Shown here piece after piece: positions 61,107-64,000 of a stretch of DNA of 64,000 nucleotides (position 1 is the first letter of the stretch; every line of letters starts with the position of its first letter). Source of the DNA: Candidatus Raymondbacteria bacterium RIFOXYA2_FULL_49_16 (GTDB lineage: Bacteria > Fibrobacterota > OXYB2-FULL-49-7 > XYB2-FULL-49-35); the NCBI GenBank assembly GCA_001789205.1, contig MFYT01000007.1:3848-67847 (forward strand). Reading direction: 5' to 3'. Below the pieces are notes generated by a model. It did no database searches, was not told where the DNA came from, and saw only the letters and a list, made by a program, of their open reading frames with translations. The position numbers were made by a program, and so were the translations under genes.

Positions 61107-61891
61107 CAGGGTACATACTGGTGTTCACGGGCCTTGGCGGGCTTGCTTTTACCATCTTTAACTCGGGAAAGGCCGGGATCAGGCGGCCACTTGTCCTGCT
61201 TGCGTCGGTGAATGCGCGTTTTGCGCTTTTGGCGCAGAGGCGCTTGTATTCCCTCAAAGCGGCTTGCGCGGGCGCGTCGTTTCCTTTTACCTTCGATGAA
61301 TTTCTCGCTCTCAGAGAGGCGCTTGCTCTTGGCGTTTTTCTGTGTGTCTGGTTCGGATTAGGTATTCCGGCCTCAGCGGCAGGAATATGCGGCGCTCTCG
61401 GTTTTTTTCTCCCTTCCCTTAAACTTAACGACATTGTCAAAAAACGCAGGGCTGAATTCAGACGGTCGTTCATTATATTTCTCGATCTGTTTCTCCTGAT
61501 TCTCGAATCAGGACTCGATTTCGGGCGCGCATTAAAGCTGCTGCTCGATAAATTTCCCCCGGGAATGCTGACAGACGAATTTGAACGCATGCTAGTGGAC
61601 ATGCGCCTGGGCCATTCCCGTGAAGAAGCGCTGTGGCATATGGCCGAACGGATTGGCGATGAGAATTTTTCCGATTTTGCATCCGCAGTGGTGCAGTCCG
61701 ACAGGACTGGCGGGTCGCTTTCACATATAGTGCATGGTCTCCTGGTTTCCATAAAGACCCGGCGCGTGCAGGCTGCTGAAAAAATGGCCCATGAGGCTCC
61801 GGTAAAACTTCTTGGCCCCCTGGTTCTTTTTATCTTCCCCGTTGTTTTCATTGTTCTATTCGGCCCCATTGTTATAGGATTGCTCCAATGA
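61094..61891 (+). CDS. TadB/TadC-like type II secretion system F-domain membrane protein (orphan)
   Basis: T2SSF-type segment FLDLFLLILESGLDFGRALKLL...MRLGHSREEALWHMAERIGDENFSDFASAVVQSDRTGGSL...AEKMAHEAPVKLLGPLVLFIFPVVFIVLFGPIV. ATG 61094 lies 5 nt after AAGGAG; the track start at 61070 is a GTG. Confidence 0.75.
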   Translation: MAGLTGYILVFTGLGGLAFTIFNSGKAGIRRPLVLLASVNARFALLAQRRLYSLKAACAGASFPFTFDEFLALREALALGVFLCVWFGLGIPASAAGICGALGFFLPSLKLNDIVKKRRAEFRRSFIIFLDLFLLILESGLDFGRALKLLLDKFPPGMLTDEFERMLVDMRLGHSREEALWHMAERIGDENFSDFASAVVQSDRTGGSLSHIVHGLLVSIKTRRVQAAEKMAHEAPVKLLGPLVLFIFPVVFIVLFGPIVIGLLQ

Positions 61892-62688
61892 CCGTCTATA
61901 CTCTTGTACCAACGGACAGCGCTGCCGGCATGGTTCCAACAGCGCTTGAAAAGGCAGAGACGGTTGTGGGACGCTGGGCACCCGATTCTCTGCCCGATAT
62001 TGAAATCAGCGGTCCGGGTATTTCACGCAGGCACCTAGTGCTGAAACGGGATAACGACAGGCTCTTTGCGGTCAATCCTGGGTCACGGGATATCCGGATT
62101 AATGGAGAGCCGCTTTCCGGTGAACGGCAATTGCATGGTGGGGAACGCATTGATTTGCTCGATCTGTCATTTGATGTGAAAAAAGGTGCTACCGCTGTTT
62201 CCCGAAGGCATTTTGTCTTTATTTTCCTGTGCCTTTTGGCTGTCGGCGCGTGTTTGTATATTTCACGGCAAACGGCCAACACTGCCGGATCAACCGCGCT
62301 TCCCCCGGTGGAAGCAGCCTATGGTACACATGCGTCATCGTACGTGGAAACGGATGGTCATTCGCTTGCATATGCCACTATACTCCTCCGTGACCGGGAA
62401 ATCCATCCAGCGAACCGGTTTCTCGCATGCGCTGAATTCAAAAAAGCCGCCCAGTCCGGAGTGCCTGATAGCGTGCGCGTTTATTTTGAAAATACCGCGC
62501 ATCGTCTTGAAGCGGAAATTGATTCACTCTATCACGAGTACCGCGACCTTGCCGATATCAGTTTCCGTCAGAAACAATACGGTACAAGCAGGCGTTATCT
62601 GAACGGGATTATGCGCATGATCCCTGATGTGCGCGACGCGCGATATATTTGGGCGGCCACCACACATAGCAGGATATCAGGCAAATGA
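61888..62688 (+). CDS. FHA-domain protein with one TM helix and helical (TPR-like) C-terminal region
   Basis: VVGRWAPDSLPDIEISGPGISRRHLVLKRDNDRLFAVNPGSRDIRINGEPL. TM helix FVFIFLCLLAVGACLYI. ATGA overlaps at both ends. Confidence 0.8.
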   Translation: MTVYTLVPTDSAAGMVPTALEKAETVVGRWAPDSLPDIEISGPGISRRHLVLKRDNDRLFAVNPGSRDIRINGEPLSGERQLHGGERIDLLDLSFDVKKGATAVSRRHFVFIFLCLLAVGACLYISRQTANTAGSTALPPVEAAYGTHASSYVETDGHSLAYATILLRDREIHPANRFLACAEFKKAAQSGVPDSVRVYFENTAHRLEAEIDSLYHEYRDLADISFRQKQYGTSRRYLNGIMRMIPDVRDARYIWAATTHSRISGK

Positions 62689-64000
62689 ACCAGGACAAAA
62701 CCAGGATCATTGTTCCAGCGCAGGGTGTGGATCCGTATCAGACGCGCCATTCCTCCGTACCGGTTGAATTCGAGGAAAAAAAAGGGGCGTGCTTTGGTGA
62801 TTGCGTTATTGAGCATCCCCTGGGAATGGGCGGGGCTGCCGCTGTTTACCTGGCAAAACACCAGAAGCTGGAGGTCCTGCGCGCGATCAAGGTGCTCAAA
62901 GGGCAATTCCGTAATGATTCCCAGTTTAAAAAACGGTTTTTAAAGGAGGCAAAGCTGGTCGCGGGCCTCGACCACCCGGCAATCGTCAGAATACACACAG
63001 TGGGAGAGGCTGACGGTAAGCCTTTTATCGAAATGGAATGGATCGATGGGACATCGCTCCGCAGGCTTTTTGAAGAACGGGGAGCCATGCCGCCCGCTGT
63101 GGCAGTGGCCATTGCCGAACAGGTGGCCCATGCGTTGGCGTATGCACATACGGCACCTATCGCCGATGGGGCCGGAGTGGTCCATCGCGACATTAAACCT
63201 GAGAATATTCTAGTACAGAAGGATGGACGTATCAAACTGGTCGATTTCGGTATTGCACGAACCATGGAGTCGTCGAACGATACCGTGGCCGGCACAATCA
63301 TTGGAACGCTCCACTATATGTCACCAGAACAGATCGATGGTAGAAATGCTGACGCGCGTTCGGATTTATATTCCTTGTCTGTAGTCCTATACGAGATGCT
63401 GACTGGTTTCGCTCCTTTTACGGCAGCGACTTTTACCGCTATAATTAAAAAAATATCAGAAGGCAGGTATGTTTCCCTGAAGCGGGTGAATCCCAGAACT
63501 GCGCGTATAGTATCTGACATTGTGCGTAAAGGACTGCGGTCTCAGGCAGAGGAGCGGTTTCAGACAGCGACCGAGTTGTCTGAGGCGTTCAGAGCCCTGC
63601 GCGTTAGAACACGGCTGGATCCTGACCAAATTGTGCGTGAATGGCTTTTTTCCGGAAAGGCGCCGGATCTGGTGAATACCCGAAAACGGATCCGGTATTT
63701 CGTATATGCGTGTCTGTTCGCGGGCGCTGCCGGCTTATATTTCTACGCAGATCACAATCCGCGTGCAGAGGAAAAGGCCGTTTATACTCAACCTGTTATG
63801 GCCGATTCAGCAGTCCCGATTGTACCTGTGAGGGACACCCTCTCCCGCGCAGTGCCGCAAGGGCAAGAGACCATTATTCCCTCTCAGTCGCTTGTCCGGA
63901 AAGTACGTGTTTTTCCAAAGCTGAAACCAATTGCAAAGAATATGCCGCGGCAGGTACAAAGCCCGGCTGAAACGCGATTCGAGCAGGCTGCGGCGCTTGA
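62685..64000 (+). CDS. Ser/Thr protein kinase (Hanks type), 3' end cut by window edge
   Basis: Absent from the ORF track because no stop occurs before nt 64000. Translation is MNQDKTRIIV...GMGGAAAVYLAKH, AIKVL, HRDIKPENILV, DFGIAR and YMSPEQ. TM helix FVYACLFAGAAGLYFY. Confidence 0.88.
   Translation, partial: MNQDKTRIIVPAQGVDPYQTRHSSVPVEFEEKKGACFGDCVIEHPLGMGGAAAVYLAKHQKLEVLRAIKVLKGQFRNDSQFKKRFLKEAKLVAGLDHPAIVRIHTVGEADGKPFIEMEWIDGTSLRRLFEERGAMPPAVAVAIAEQVAHALAYAHTAPIADGAGVVHRDIKPENILVQKDGRIKLVDFGIARTMESSNDTVAGTIIGTLHYMSPEQIDGRNADARSDLYSLSVVLYEMLTGFAPFTAATFTAIIKKISEGRYVSLKRVNPRTARIVSDIVRKGLRSQAEERFQTATELSEAFRALRVRTRLDPDQIVREWLFSGKAPDLVNTRKRIRYFVYACLFAGAAGLYFYADHNPRAEEKAVYTQPVMADSAVPIVPVRDTLSRAVPQGQETIIPSQSLVRKVRVFPKLKPIAKNMPRQVQSPAETRFEQAAAL

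Noticed and set aside
61021-61869. 282-aa minus-strand ORF
   Set aside because: It is exactly antisense to the TadC-like gene, is Arg/Ser/Pro-rich low-complexity sequence with no motif, and has no start context. This is a shadow ORF.
1-64000. CRISPR arrays, IS elements/transposases, integrases, prophage genes, rRNA
   Set aside because: I looked for regularly spaced direct repeats, DDE or tyrosine-recombinase-like ORFs and rRNA-like stretches. None was recognised.

Overview
Bacterial chromosomal segment of about 50% GC from a Gram-negative-type, flagellated, sigma-54-using organism. I cannot assign a species; T9SS-type C-terminal sorting domains suggest an FCB-superphylum-like or candidate-phylum lineage. 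All calls come from reading motifs and gene order in the ORF track and the DNA; no database search was run.

Core block (26.5-57.0 kb): the conserved translation/transcription super-operon. Order is tRNA-Thr/Tyr/Gly/Thr, tuf, rpmG, tRNA-Trp, secE, nusG, rplKAJL, rpoBC, rpsL, rpsG, fusA, then the S10, spc and alpha operons ending with rplQ and a strong terminator. There is no second tuf after fusA and no adk after secY. This block looks ordinary.

Left flank (1-26.4 kb):
- Secreted beta-helix, SGNH and CBM9-like proteins that share one C-terminal sorting domain, plus a decayed tandem paralog of one of them.
- Flagellin with a sigma-28-like promoter and a CsrA-type leader.
- A GT9 glycosyltransferase.
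- A Ser/Thr-kinase, TPR membrane protein, FHA-GAF-sigma-54 activator and FGE-fold lipoprotein operon. It is followed by a near-consensus -24/-12 promoter with two upstream palindromes.
- A non-canonical NRAMP-like transporter with a creatininase-family gene.
- A complete type IIB topoisomerase (Topo VI A+B) operon preceded by two uncharacterised ORFs.

Right flank (57-64 kb): cca, trxA, an MBL hydrolase, sppA, an EndoIII-like glycosylase, then an orphan TadC-like gene translationally coupled to an FHA protein and a second Ser/Thr kinase, which is cut by the window end.

No CRISPR array, transposase, integrase or rRNA was recognised.

The best candidates for something new are the bacterial Topo VI operon with its two unknown partner ORFs, and the kinase/FHA/sigma-54 circuit with its putative enhancer and promoter.
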